A stretch of DNA of 64,000 nt from positions 8,432,001 through 8,496,000 of the forward strand of contig NC_092003.1 of assembly GCF_044704955.1 (NCBI RefSeq). Reading direction: 5' to 3'. Both the position numbers and the translations under genes were made by a program. This document shows, one piece after another, positions 23,646-37,035 of this stretch (position 1 is the first letter of the stretch; every line of letters starts with the position of its first letter). Under the pieces are notes generated by a model, which was given only the letters and a program-made list of their open reading frames with translations, had not been told where the DNA came from and did no database searches. This DNA comes from Pristiophorus japonicus (lineage: Eukaryota).

Positions 23646-26640
23646 TCAGTACCCCCTTCCTGCTTTCTCGCCATAACCCTTTATCCCCCGAGTAGTAAGG
23701 ACTTCATCTAACTCCCTTTTGAATATATTTAGTGAATTGGCCTCAACTACTTTCTGTGGTAGAGAATTCCACAGGTACACCACTCTCTGGGTGAAGAAGT
23801 TTCTCCTTATCTCGGTCCTAAATGGCTTACCCCTTATCCTCAGACTGTGACCCCTGGTTCTGGACTTCCCCAACATTGGGAACATTCTTTCTGCATCTAA
23901 CCTGTCTAAACCCGTCAGAATTTTAAACGTTTCTATGAGGTCCCCTCTCATTCTTCTGAACTCCAGTGAATACAAGCCCAGTTGATCCAGTCTTTCTTGA
24001 TAGGTCAGTCCCGCCATCCCGGGAATCAGTCTGGTGAACCTTTGCTGCACTCCCTCAATAGCAAGAATGTCCTTCCTCAAGTTAGGAGACCAAAACTGTA
24101 CACAATACTCCAGGTGTGGCCTCACCAAGGCCCTGTACAACTGTAGCAACACCTCCCTGCCCCTGTATTCAAATCCCCTCGCTATGAAGGCCAACATGCC
24201 ATTTGCTTTCTTAACCGCCTGCTGTACCTGCATGCTAACCTTCAATGACTGATGTACCATGACACCCAGGTCTCGTTGCACCTTCCCTTTTCCTAATCTG
24301 TCACCATTCAGATAATAGTCTGTCTCTCTGTTTTTACCACCAAAGTGGATAACCTCACATTTATCCACATTATACTTCATCTGCCATGCATTTGCCCACT
24401 CACCTAACCTATCCAAGTCACTCTGCAGCCTAATAGCATCCTCCTCGCAGCTCACACTGCCACCCAACTTAGTATCATCCGCAAATTTGGAGATACTGCA
24501 TTTAATCCCCTCGTCTAAATCATTAATGTACAATGTAAACAGCTGGGGCCCCAGCACAGAACCTTGCGGCACTCCACTAGTCACTGCCTGCCATTCTGAA
24601 AAGTACCCGTTTACTCCTACTCTTTGCTTCCTGTCTGACAACCAGTTCTCAATCCACGTCAGCACACTACCCCCAATCCCATGTGCTTTAACTTTGCACA
24701 TTAATCTCTTGTGTGGGACCTTGTCGAAAGCCTTCTGAAAGTCCAAATATACCACATCAACTGGTTCTCCTTTGTCCACTTTACTGGAAACATCCTCAAA
24801 AAATTCCAGAAGATTTGTCAAGCATGATTTCCCTTTCACAAATCCATGCTGACTTGGACCTATCATGTCACCATTTTCCAGATGCACTGCTATGACATCC
24901 TTAATAATTGATTCCATCATTTTACCCACTACTGAGGTCAGGCTGACCGGTCTATAATTCCCTGTTTTCTCTCTCCCTCCTTTTTTAAAAAGTGGGGTTA
25001 CATTGGCTACCCTCCACTCCATAGGAACTGATCCAGAGTCAATGGAATGTTGGAAAATGACTGTCAATGCATCTGCTATTTCCAAGGCCACCTCCTTAAG
25101 TACTCTAGGATGCAGTCCATCAGGCCCTGGGGATTTATCGGCCTTCAATCCCATCAATTTCCCCAACACAATTTCCCGACTAATAAAGATTTCCCTCAGT
25201 TCCCCCTCCTTACTAGACCCTCTGACCCCTTTTATATCCGGAAAGTTGTTTGTATCCTCCTTAGTGAATACCGAACCAAAGTACTTGTTCAATTGGTCTG
25301 CCATTTCTTTGTTCCCCGTTATGACTTCCCCTGATTCTGACTGCAGGGGACCTACGTTTGTCTTCACCAACCTTTTTCTCTTTACATACCTATAGAAACT
25401 TTTGCAATCCGCCTTAATGTTCCCTGCAAGCTTCTTCTCGCACTCCATTTTCCCTGCCCTAATCAAACCCTTTGTCCTCCTCTGCTGAGTTCTAAATTTC
25501 TCCCAGTCCCCAGGTTCGCTGCTATTTCTGGCCAATTTGTATGCCACTTCCTTGGCTTTAATACTATCCCTGATTTCCCTCGATAGCCACGGTTGAGCCA
25601 CCTTCCCTTTTTTATTTTTACGCCAGACAGGAATGTACAATTGTTGTAATTCATCCATGCGGTCTCTAAATGTCTGCCATTGCCCATCCACAGTCAACCC
25701 CCTAAGTATCATTCGCCAATCTATCCTAGCCAATTCACGCCTCATACCTTCAAAGTTACCCTTCTTTAAGTTCTGGACCATGGTCTCTGAAATTACTGTT
25801 TCATTCTCCATCCTAATGCAGAATTCCACCATATTATGGTCACTCTTCCCCAAGGGGCCTCGCACAATGAGATTGCTAATTAATCCTCTCTCATTACACA
25901 ACACCCAGTCTAAGATGGCCTCCCCCCTAGTTGGTTCCTCAACATATTGGTCTAGAAAACCATCCCTTATGCACTCCAGGAAATCCTCCTCTACCGTATT
26001 GCTTCCAGTTTGGCTAGCCCAATCTATGTGCATATTAAAGTCACCCATTATAACTGCTACACCTTTATTGCATGCACCCCTAATTTCCTGTTTGATGCCC
26101 TCCCCAACATCCCTATTACTGTTTGGAGGTCTGTACACAACTCCTACTAACGTTTTTTGCCCTTTGGTGTTCTGCAGCTCTACCCATATAGATTCCACAT
26201 CATCCAAGCTAATGTCTTTCCTAACTATTGCATTAATCTCCTCTTTAACCAGCAATGCTACCCCACCTCCTTTTCCTTTTATTCTATCCTTCCTGAATGT
26301 TGAATACCCCTGAATGTTGAGTTCCCAGCCCTGATCATCCTGGAGCCACGTCTCCGTAATCCCAATCACATCATATTTGTTAACATCTATTTGCACAATT
26401 AATTCATCCACCTTATTGCGGATACTCCTTGCATTAAGACACAAAGCCTTCAGGCTTGTTTTATTAACACCCTTTGTCCTTTTAGAATTTTGCTGTACAG
26501 TGGCCCTTTTTGTTCTTTGCCTTGGGTTTCTCTGCCCTCCACTTTTCCTCATCTCCTTTCTGTCTTTTGCTTTTGTCTCCTTTTTGTTTCCCTCTGTCTC
26601 CCTGCATTGGTTCCCATCCCCCTGCCATATTAGTTTAAAT
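23646..26640 (-). CDS. CR1 LINE ORF2, intact APE endonuclease plus reverse transcriptase (~1000 aa); element spans ~23549-26640
   Basis: No stop codons. APE motifs LNARS, GITETWL, GVVYRPP, MGDFN, SDH. RT motifs [31 protein letters not shown]. 3' (CTATGTTT)n tail. The first residues of the ORF-track translation (MSVSMR) come from the host element. Confidence 0.97.
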
Positions 26641-27006
26641 CTCATAGAAACAGACACAATTCTTATAGGGCTTGACAGGGTAGATGCAGAGAGGGTGTTT
26701 CCCCCGGGCTGGGGTGTCTAGAACCAGGGGTCACACAGTCTCAGGATAAGGGGTCGGCCATTTAGGACTGAGATGAGGAGGAATTTCTTCACTCAGAGGG
26801 TGGTAAATCTTTGGAATTCTCTGCCCCAGAGGGCTGTGGAGGCTCAGTCTCTGAGTATATTCAAGGCTGGGATCGATAGATTTTTGGATATTAAGGGAAT
26901 CAAGGGATCGGGCGGGAAAGTGGAGTTGAGGCCAAGATCAGATCAGCCGTGATCTTATTGAATGGCGGAGCGGGCTCGAGGGGCCGAATGGCCGACTCCT
27001 GCTCCT
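26641..27006 (+). mobile_element. CR1 3' end, right part of the interrupted host
   Basis: LIET..ILIGLDRVDAERVFP...RRNFFTQRVVNLWNSLPQRAVEA and the CR1 3' hairpin/tail. Confidence 0.85.
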
Positions 27007-27389
27007 AATTGTTATGGACATGTGGCTGGTTGGGAATCCAGATGATTGGGGTTCCAGATGTGGCTGATCGCATGTCTGATGAGTAAATAATAATGGAGTA
27101 ATAGACACGTGCTCTCAAATGCTCCCGATCGGCTTCTGAGTTGTTTTTTTCTGTGCGGTTGTGGGTGAAAGGGTATAACAGAAAGCCCGTGTGTGTGTTT
27201 TTCGATTGTTGGGTGCAAACAATGTCGGTCACAGAATGGTGTTCGCTGTTTGCTGAGTAAATGCACACACGTCGGGTACATTTATCTGCATTGTGCGGGG
27301 TGTGGTGCAAGGCGTTTCCACTAGATCGACCGCACGGGGCGAAAACCATGTGGCTGTAGTCAGTCAATGATTTTACTGGGCAATACTGA

Positions 27390-28195
27390 CAGGAGGGGGA
27401 GGGGAGAGATAGTGGGGGGAGGGGAGAGGTAGTGGGAGGGGGAGGGGAGGGTGGGATAGTGAGGGGGAGGGGAGGGTGGGAGAGTGAGGGGGAGGGGAGG
27501 GTGGGAGAGTGAGGGGAGGGGTGGGATAGTGAGGGGGAGGGGAGGGGAGGGGTGGGAGAGTGAGGGGGAGGGGAGGAGTGGGATAGTGAGGGGAGGGAGA
27601 GTGAGGGGGAGGGGAGGAGTGGGAGAGTGAGGGGTGGGATAGTGAGGGGGAGGGGTGGGATAGTGAGGGGGAGGGGAGGGGTGGGATAGTGAGGGGGGAG
27701 GGGAGGGGTGGGAGAGTGAAGGGGGAGGGGAGGGAGAGGGGAGGGGTGGGAGAGTGAGGGGGAGGGGAGGGGTGGGAGAGTGAGGGGGAGGGGAGGGGTG
27801 GGAGAGTGAGGGGGAGGGGAGGGGTGGGAGAGTGAGGGGGAGGGGAGGGGTGGGAGAGTGAGGGGGAGGGGAGGGGTGGGAGAGTGAGGGGGAGGGGAGG
27901 GGTGGGAGAGTGAAGGGGAGGGGAGGGGAGGGGTGGGAGAGTGAGGGGGAGGGGAAGGGTGGAGAGTGAGGGGGAGGGGGAGGTGGGAGAGTGAGGGGGA
28001 GGTGGGTAGTGGAGGGGAGGGGTGGGTAGTGAGGGGGAGGGGTGGGTAGTGAGGGGGAGGGGTGGGTAGTGAGGGGGAGGGGGTGAGTGAGGGGGGTGTA
28101 GTGACGATCGGGGTGGGTAGTGAGGGGAGGGGTGTGAGGGGGGGTAGTGAGGGGGGGGTGAGGAGTGAGGGTGGGCGGAGGAGGAAAAGGGTGGG
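27390..28195. repeat. G/A-rich minisatellite (~26-bp unit TGAGGGGGAGGGGAGGGGTGGGAGAG)
   Basis: About 800 bp, overwhelmingly purine on +, with regular G4-G5 runs. Confidence 0.95.
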
Positions 28196-28273
28196 ATAAC
28201 GGAGGTTACTGACCCCGGTAGAAAGGTTTCGATGTGCCTGCTCACTTACCTCCCTTTCTCTGTTGCCCCTCAG

Positions 28274-28561
28274 GTTTCTATGATGTCAGTGACAGCACCT
28301 CGTGCTCCCTCTCCAACTCCTGCACCTCGGTCTACAGCGAGTGTCCCTCCGGCTCGCGCTGGAGCATGCAGTCCCTCTCCCAGCTGCCCCGGGCCAGCGG
28401 CAACTGGAGCCGGCCCCGGTCCACCGACGAGGCCACCGTCCGGCTGATGGACCTGCGCGCGCAGAGGCTCCCGGGCGGCCTGGGGGCGCGGGCCAGCGAC
28501 GGCTGCGTGGTGAGCGGGGCCCACAGGAGGTCAAAGGTCTCCCAGCGCCCCGTGTCAACCG
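28274..28561 (+). CDS. dact4: Dact-family coding exon 3
   Basis: Acceptor CCCCTCAG|GT (phase 1). GFYDVSDSTSCSLSNSCTSVYSEC, RPRSTDE and RPVSTG are Dact2/4-type motifs. Donor G|GTAAGT. Confidence 0.92.
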
Positions 28562-28849
28562 GTAAGTGCTGTAGCGACCGGCTCCCCTCATAACTGTGTA
28601 AATGGCTTCCCTCCCGTGGTGTTGCCGGCACCCGATTGGAACTGAAGCAGCCCTCCTGCGATGCACACTGCAGGCGACCAGCTCCCAGGTCTGGTCAGGC
28701 CGCACCTTGAGCACCACATCGAGTTCTGGTTGCCAAGACGAGGGAGACATTCTAGGAGTGCAGAAAAGAGTTGCAGGGTTGCTGTTACGTTGGCAGCGGT
28801 CTGTGATAATGAGACAGAGACTTGGACTATTGCAAAGAAAGGCTTGTAT

Positions 28850-29440
28850 TGCAACAGTGACTTTTCCAACCTTCAGATGTCCCAAAGTGCTTCACAATCA
28901 ATTAAGTACTTTTTTGGCGTGTAGTCACTGTTGTAACGTAGGAAACGCGGCAGCTAATTTTTACACCGCAAGGTCCCACAAACAGCATCGTGATAATGAC
29001 ACAGATCATCTGATATTTTTTTAATGAGGTTGATTGAGGGATAAATTTTGGCCCCAGGATACAGGGGAGAACTCCCCTGCTCTTCTTCCAATAGTGGCCA
29101 TGGGATCTTTTACATCCACCTGAGAGGGCAGACGTGGCCTTGGTTTAACGTTTCATTTGTAAGACGGCACCTCTGACAGTGTGGCGCTCCCTCAGTACTG
29201 CCCCTCCGACAGTGAGGCGTTCCCTCGGTACTGCCCCTCCGACAGTGCGGCGCTCCCTCAGTACTGCCCCTCCGACAGTGCAGCGCTCCCTCAGTACTGC
29301 GCTCCCTCAGTCCTGCCCCTCCGACAGTGAGGCGTTCCCTCGGTACTGCCCCTCCGACGGTGCGGCGCTCCCTCAGCACTGGCACTGGGAGTGTTAGCTT
29401 GGATCATGTTCTCTAGTCTCTGGAGGCGGGAGTGCTCACT
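28850..29440 (-). mobile_element. DeuSINE-like element with short 33-bp array (~29171-29380)
   Basis: Body plus about 6 units. Confidence 0.85.
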
Positions 29441-29446
29441 CGGAGG

Positions 29447-29646
29447 NNNNNNNNNNNNNNNNNNNNNNNNNNNNNNNNNNNNNNNNNNNNNNNNNNNNNN
29501 NNNNNNNNNNNNNNNNNNNNNNNNNNNNNNNNNNNNNNNNNNNNNNNNNNNNNNNNNNNNNNNNNNNNNNNNNNNNNNNNNNNNNNNNNNNNNNNNNNNN
29601 NNNNNNNNNNNNNNNNNNNNNNNNNNNNNNNNNNNNNNNNNNNNNN
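29447..29646. other. Assembly gap (200 N, probably a fixed-size placeholder)
   Basis: Run of exactly 200 N. Confidence 0.99.
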
Positions 29647-30379
29647 GTGGAGGGGTAGGGGGGGTTTGGGGGGGCGGGGAAAGAGTAGACAATGATGGCC
29701 ATCTCTGCAACATACTTCGCCGGGTGCGGCAGGCCGGAGATATTCAACCATGGCAGGCGTGCGGCGAGGAACGGCAGCGACGGATTGGTTGCTACGTATT
29801 GATAATCGAGCCAATGGGATCGGGCAGCACTGACTGAGGCCGGTCGGCCGATTGTGCTTGGTCCGGGACTGTGAAAGAGCCATCCGATGTATCCCACTCC
29901 GTCTACTCCCACTGCCCTGAAAATCATTCTCCTTCAAGCATTTACCCAATCCCCTTGTGAAAGTTACTATTGAATCTGCTTCCACCTGCTTTCAGGCAGC
30001 GCGTTCCAGATCACAACTTGCTGCGTGACCCAAAAAACAATTCTAATTCCACCCCAGGCTTTTTTTGTCAATAGTCTTACATCTGTGTCCCCTGGTTACT
30101 GGCCCTCCAGCCAGCAGAACCATTTTCGACACATTAACTCTGCTGTAATTTTGAACACCTTTATTAAGTCTCCCCTTAGCCTTCTCTGCTCTAAGAACAA
30201 CCCAGGAATATCGGGAAAGGATGAACAGGCAGGTTCTCTTTCCTCTTGAAAAGAGAAGGCTGAGGGGTGACCTAATAGTAGTCTTTAAAATGATGAAAGG
30301 TTTTGATAGAGTGCATACAGAGAGAGTGTTTCCACTTGTGGGGAAGGGCATAACTAGAGGCCATCAATATAAGATAGTC

Positions 30380-31150
30380 ACCATCACCCCCTGTGCTCGC
30401 TGCCCCCGTGTCCTAACTCGCACCGAGTCCCGCTCACCCATCACCCCCTGTGCTCGCTGACCCCGTGTCCTAACTCGCACCGAGTCCCGCTCACCCATCA
30501 CCCCCTGTGCTCACTGCCCCGTGTCCTAACTCGCACCGAGTCCCGCTCACCCATCACCCCCTGTGCTCACTGCCCCGTGTCCTAACTCGCACCGAGTCCC
30601 GCTCACCCATCACCCCCTGTGCTCACTGCCCGTGTCCTAACTCGCACCCAGTCCCGCTCACCCATCACCGCCTGTGCTCGCTGCCCCGAGTCCTAACTCG
30701 CACCGAGTCCCGCTCACCCATCACCCACTGTGCTCGCTGACCTACATTGGTTCCCGGTTAAGCAACGCCTCGATTTCGAAATTCCCATCCTTGTGTTCAC
30801 ATTCCTCCATGGCCCTCGCCCCTCCCTATCTCTATAATCTCCTCCAGCCACATAACCCCCCGCCGAGATCTCTGCGCTCCTCTAATTCTGCCCTCTTGAG
30901 CATCCCTGATTATAATCGCTCCACCATCGGTGGCCGTGCCTTCAGCTGCCTGGGCCCCAAGCTCTGGAACGCCCTCCCTAAACCTCTCCGCCTCTCTTTC
31001 CTCCTTCACGACGCTCCTTAAAACCGACCTCTTTAACCCAGCTTTTGGTCAACTGTCCCTAAATGTATCCTTATGTTCTCGGTGTCAGATTCCGTTTGAT
31101 AATCGCTCCTGTAACAGTTTACTACGTTAAAGGCGCTGTATAAATGCAGG
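30380..31150 (+). mobile_element. L2 3' fragment beginning within its 56-bp array (~30380-30740)
   Basis: Same unit and L2 C-terminal motifs as 4612-5655. Confidence 0.9.
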
Positions 31151-31289
31151 GGGGCAGCCCCCTGCTGGCGGTCACTGCCCTGCATGGAACGTGACTGAGC
31201 ATGTAGCCCCATCCGGGGGTCAGGACAGGAAAAGGACTGAGTTCAGCTGTGCAGCTCACCCAGACATCATGCACTGTCTCCGATATAAG

Positions 31290-32072
31290 GTTACATAAGA
31301 AATAGGAGCAGGAGTAGGCCATACGGCCCCTCGAGCCTGCTCCGCCATTTAATATGATCATGGCTGATCCGATCATGGACTCAGCTCCACTTCCCCGCCC
31401 GCTCCCCATAACCCCTTATCCCCTTATCTGTTAAACTGTCTATTTCTGCCTTAAATATATTCAATGTCCCGGCTTCCACAGTTCTCTGAGGCAGCGAATT
31501 CCACAGATTTACAACCCTCTGAGAGAAGAAATTTCTCCTCATCTCAGTTTTAAATGGGCGGCCCCTTATTCTAAGATCGTACCCCCTAGTTCTAGTCTCC
31601 CCCATCAGTGGAAACATCCTCTCTGCATCCACCTTGTCAAGCCCCCTCATAATCTTATACGTTTCGATAAGATCACCTGAATTCCAATGAGTAGAGGCCC
31701 AACCTCCTCAACCTTTCCTCATAAGTCAACCCCCTCATCCCCCGGGATCAACCCAGTGAACCTTCTCTGAACTGCCTCCAAAGCAAGTATATCCTTTCGT
31801 AAATATGGAAACCAAAACTGCACGCAGTACTCCGGGTGTGGCCTCACCAATACCCTGTGTAACTGTAGCAAGACTTCCCTGCTTTTATACTCCATCCCCT
31901 TTGCAATAAAGGCCAAGATACCATTGGCCTTCCTGATCACTTGTTGTACCTGCATACTATCCTTTGGTGTTTCATGCACAAGTACCCCCAGGTCCCGCTG
32001 TACTGCGGCACTTTGCAATCTCTCTCCATTTAAATAATAACTTGCTCTTTGATATTTTTTCTGCCAAAGTGA
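31290..32072 (-). mobile_element. CR1 LINE 3' fragment
   Basis: QRDLGVLVHE...RPHPEYCVQFWFPYLRKDILALEAVQRRF...FFSQRVVNLWNSLP. Confidence 0.9.
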
Positions 32073-32739
32073 CCAATTCGGGGGCCAACAGTCCTATTGA
32101 TCGTATTAAATGGTGGAGCAGGCTCGAGGGGCCGTATGGCCTACTCCTGCTATCTATGTCTAATGTTCTTATAAACCCCGCGGCACTCTAAAGCGCCCCG
32201 TGCAGCCGGTGAGCCGGCCGTTAAAGCAGAAAAACCGCGGGCGTGTGGAATTTGGAACGGCCTGTTGAAGGCAGCGTGCAGTGCGAAAGACGACTAGCGG
32301 GAATATTGGTGTGTGGGGATAAGCGGTGTTTGTGGCAGACAGCGAGAGACCCAACGACCATTAGTTTGCGGGAGGAGGGACCTCCCTTAAAAATAAAAAC
32401 ACGCACCATCTCTTAACGCTTCTTCACGCTTTAAAGTTTAAATAAAAATAATCGCGCCTGGATTAAATAACTTCACACACACACACACACACACACACAA
32501 ACACGCGTGGCACTGGGTGAGGATTTGCAGACGCTCCCTTACAAAGCTGGGACTAAGGGAGCGTCACCGAGTTTAACTTCGAACAAAAACGTGAAATGCG
32601 GCCCCATGGCGGTAACAATGGCGGGAAGGTCCCAACGGTGGCAGACGGGAAGGCGTGGGCCGTGTCGGAGAGCGGGGGAGGACCCGCCAGCCCCCGATGG
32701 GTGGTCCGCCTTCCCCTAACCCCCCCCCTCCCCCGCCAG

Positions 32740-32837
32740 TCACTGGCCAAACATGCCCCTGTACATCATCTTCTCCTTCTCATAGTACCGGCTGAGTCGT
32801 AGCTCCGTCTCCTGGATATACCGCTTGACATTGGCAT
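32740..32837 (-). CDS. TTC9C: TTC9C-like TPR protein, last coding exon (exon 5)
   Basis: Acceptor CCCACAG|AT. (D)ANVKRYIQETELRLSRYYEKEKMMYRGMFGQ* matches the TTC9C C-terminus DANVRRYLQ...EKQLYLGMFG. Confidence 0.93.
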
Positions 32838-32924
32838 CTGTGGGAGGGGAAAGCGGGTAAAGGGGTCAGCTCTGGGTGATCATTTCATTTTATTTTTGAC
32901 AGCGCTGTACCGCCCTCAGGGGGC

Positions 32925-35015
<2,091 letters not shown>

Positions 35016-36630
35016 GCAAGACCATCAGCAGGCCGGGGCCATTGGAGGGAGCAGCGTACGGCGGTATACCATGGCAGGGAGCAGCGCGTGCTGCTGCAGG
35101 AGGGCGACGGCTGACTGCAGGGCAGGCAGGTACAGCAGGAGCGGCGAGGTCATAAGAACTTAAGAAATAGGAGCAGGAGTAGGCCATATGGCCCCTCGAG
35201 CCTGCTCCGCCATTCAATAAGATCATGGCTCCCTATAACCCCTTATTCCCTTATCGATTAAGAAACTGTCTGTCTCTGTCTTAAAGATATTCAATGTCCC
35301 GGCTTCCACAGCTCTCCAAGGCAATGAATTCCACAGATTTACAACCCTCTGAGAGAAGAAATTTCTCCTCATCTCAGGTCGGGGCGAAGGAGCGGCGAGA
35401 GTTCGTAGAGGGAAGTGATCGGGGCACGGGAGAGGCGTGAGTTCGGGGCCCAGAAGAGGCGAGGGCCCAGAGGCAGCACAGGCCCAGCCCACACTGCGAT
35501 ATAGAAACATAGAAAATAGGTGCAGGAGTAGGCCATTCGGCCCTTCGAGCCTGCACCACCATTCAATAAGATCATGGCTGATCATTCCCTCAGTACCCCC
35601 TTTCCTGCTTTCTTTCCATACCCCTTGACCCCTTTAGTCGTAAGGGCCACATCTAACTCCCTCTTGAATATATCCAATGAACTGGCCTCAACAACTCTCT
35701 GCGGTAGGGAATTCCCACAGGTTAACAACTCTCTGAGTGAAGAAGTTTCTCCTCATCTCAGTCCCAGACTGTGTCCCCTGGTTCTGGACTTCCCCAACAT
35801 CGGGAACATTCTTCCTGCATCTAACCTGTCCAGTCCCGTCAGAATTTTATATGTTTCTATGAGATCCCCTCTCATTCTTCTAAATTTCAGTGAATACAGG
35901 CCCAGTCGATCCAGTCTCTCCTCATATGTCAGTCCTGCCATCCTGGGAATCAGTCTGGTGAACCTTCGCTGCACTCCCTCAGTAGCAATAACGTCCTTCC
36001 TCAGATTAGGAGACCAAAACTGAACACAATATTCCAGGTGAGGCCTCACCAAGGCCCTGTACAACTGTAGTAAGATCTCCCTGCTCCTATACTCAAATCC
36101 CCTAGCTATGAAGGTCAACATACCATTTGCCTTCTTCACCGCCTGCTGTACCTGCATGCCCACTTTCAATGACTGATGTACCATGACACCCAGGTCTCGT
36201 TGCACCTCCCCTTTTCCTAATCTGCCGCCATTCAGATGATAGTCTGCCTTCGTGTTTTTGCCACCAAAGTGGATAACCTCACATTTATCCACATTATACT
36301 GCATCTGTCCTGCATTTGCCCACTCACCTAACCTGTCCAAGTCACCCTGCAGCCTCTTAGCGTCCTGTGTGCGCACTAGGTCCGTGCAGCAGAGCAGGTC
36401 TCCAGTCGTCCTGGTTAACCCCCTTGCCACTGGACCAAGACCTCGCTCTGTCAAGCCCGTGTGGTGGCTGGTGTGCAACGGCCAACCCACGTTAAAAAAA
36501 TCCACCCACAGGCATCTTCCACCCTTCAGGATGTAGTTCGGGATCCGGAATATTAGGTCCTTCATTGAAACACCTTTTTCGGTGTGGAAGCAAGCCATCC
36601 TCGTTTCGAGGGAACGCCTATGATGATGAT
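35016..36630 (+). mobile_element. Non-autonomous RTE-tailed element split by two CR1 insertions (35152-35375 and ~35501-36365, both - strand)
   Basis: Pieces rejoin as ...GCGAGGTC|GGGGCG... and ...GCGATAT|GTGTGCGCAC..., the latter contiguous in the copy at 55025-55312. The 3' end GTGGAAGCAAG..GCCTATGATGATGAT is shared with RTE. Confidence 0.75.
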
Positions 36631-37035
36631 CCCTCCTTAAAGAAGGAGCCAAAACCTGGACCAAGTCTTTTAGGACCTCCACTGTTGTTAGGTTTGCATC
36701 CTTGTTCTATCCTGTTTAGTACCAAAACGGATGACCTCACATTCAAATCCATCAATTTTTTCCATTCACCTAATCTATTGATACCCCTTTGTAATTTTAT
36801 GCTTTCAGCTACACTGCCTACAATGCCGCCTATCTTTGTGTCATCGGTAAATTTGGATGTGTGGCTCTCGATCCCATCATCTACATCGCGAATAAGTTTG
36901 CAAATGGCCCGGATTCCTTCCCTGGGCCTCAGCGCCCCCTAGGGTTAGGGACAGGGGAGTGCAGAAATAGCGGGTTCCTGCTCCTGACTGCCCCCTGCTG
37001 GTAACTTCCTGCATTACAACAGCGAGAACCCAGAG

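Noticed and set aside
27005-27367. Cys/His-rich short ORFs vaguely like a piggyBac C-terminal zinc finger
   Set aside because: Motif spacing is incomplete, split across frames, and there are no TTAA-flanked ends. A profile search would be needed.
27373-28245. 290-aa proline-rich extensin-like ORF on - strand
   Set aside because: It is a translation of the G/A-rich minisatellite.
29291-29985. ORFs spanning X runs
   Set aside because: Artefacts of the N gap.
35753-36682. 309-aa ORF as a host gene
   Set aside because: Chance in-frame fusion of an antisense RTE-derived segment with a CR1 ORF2 fragment.
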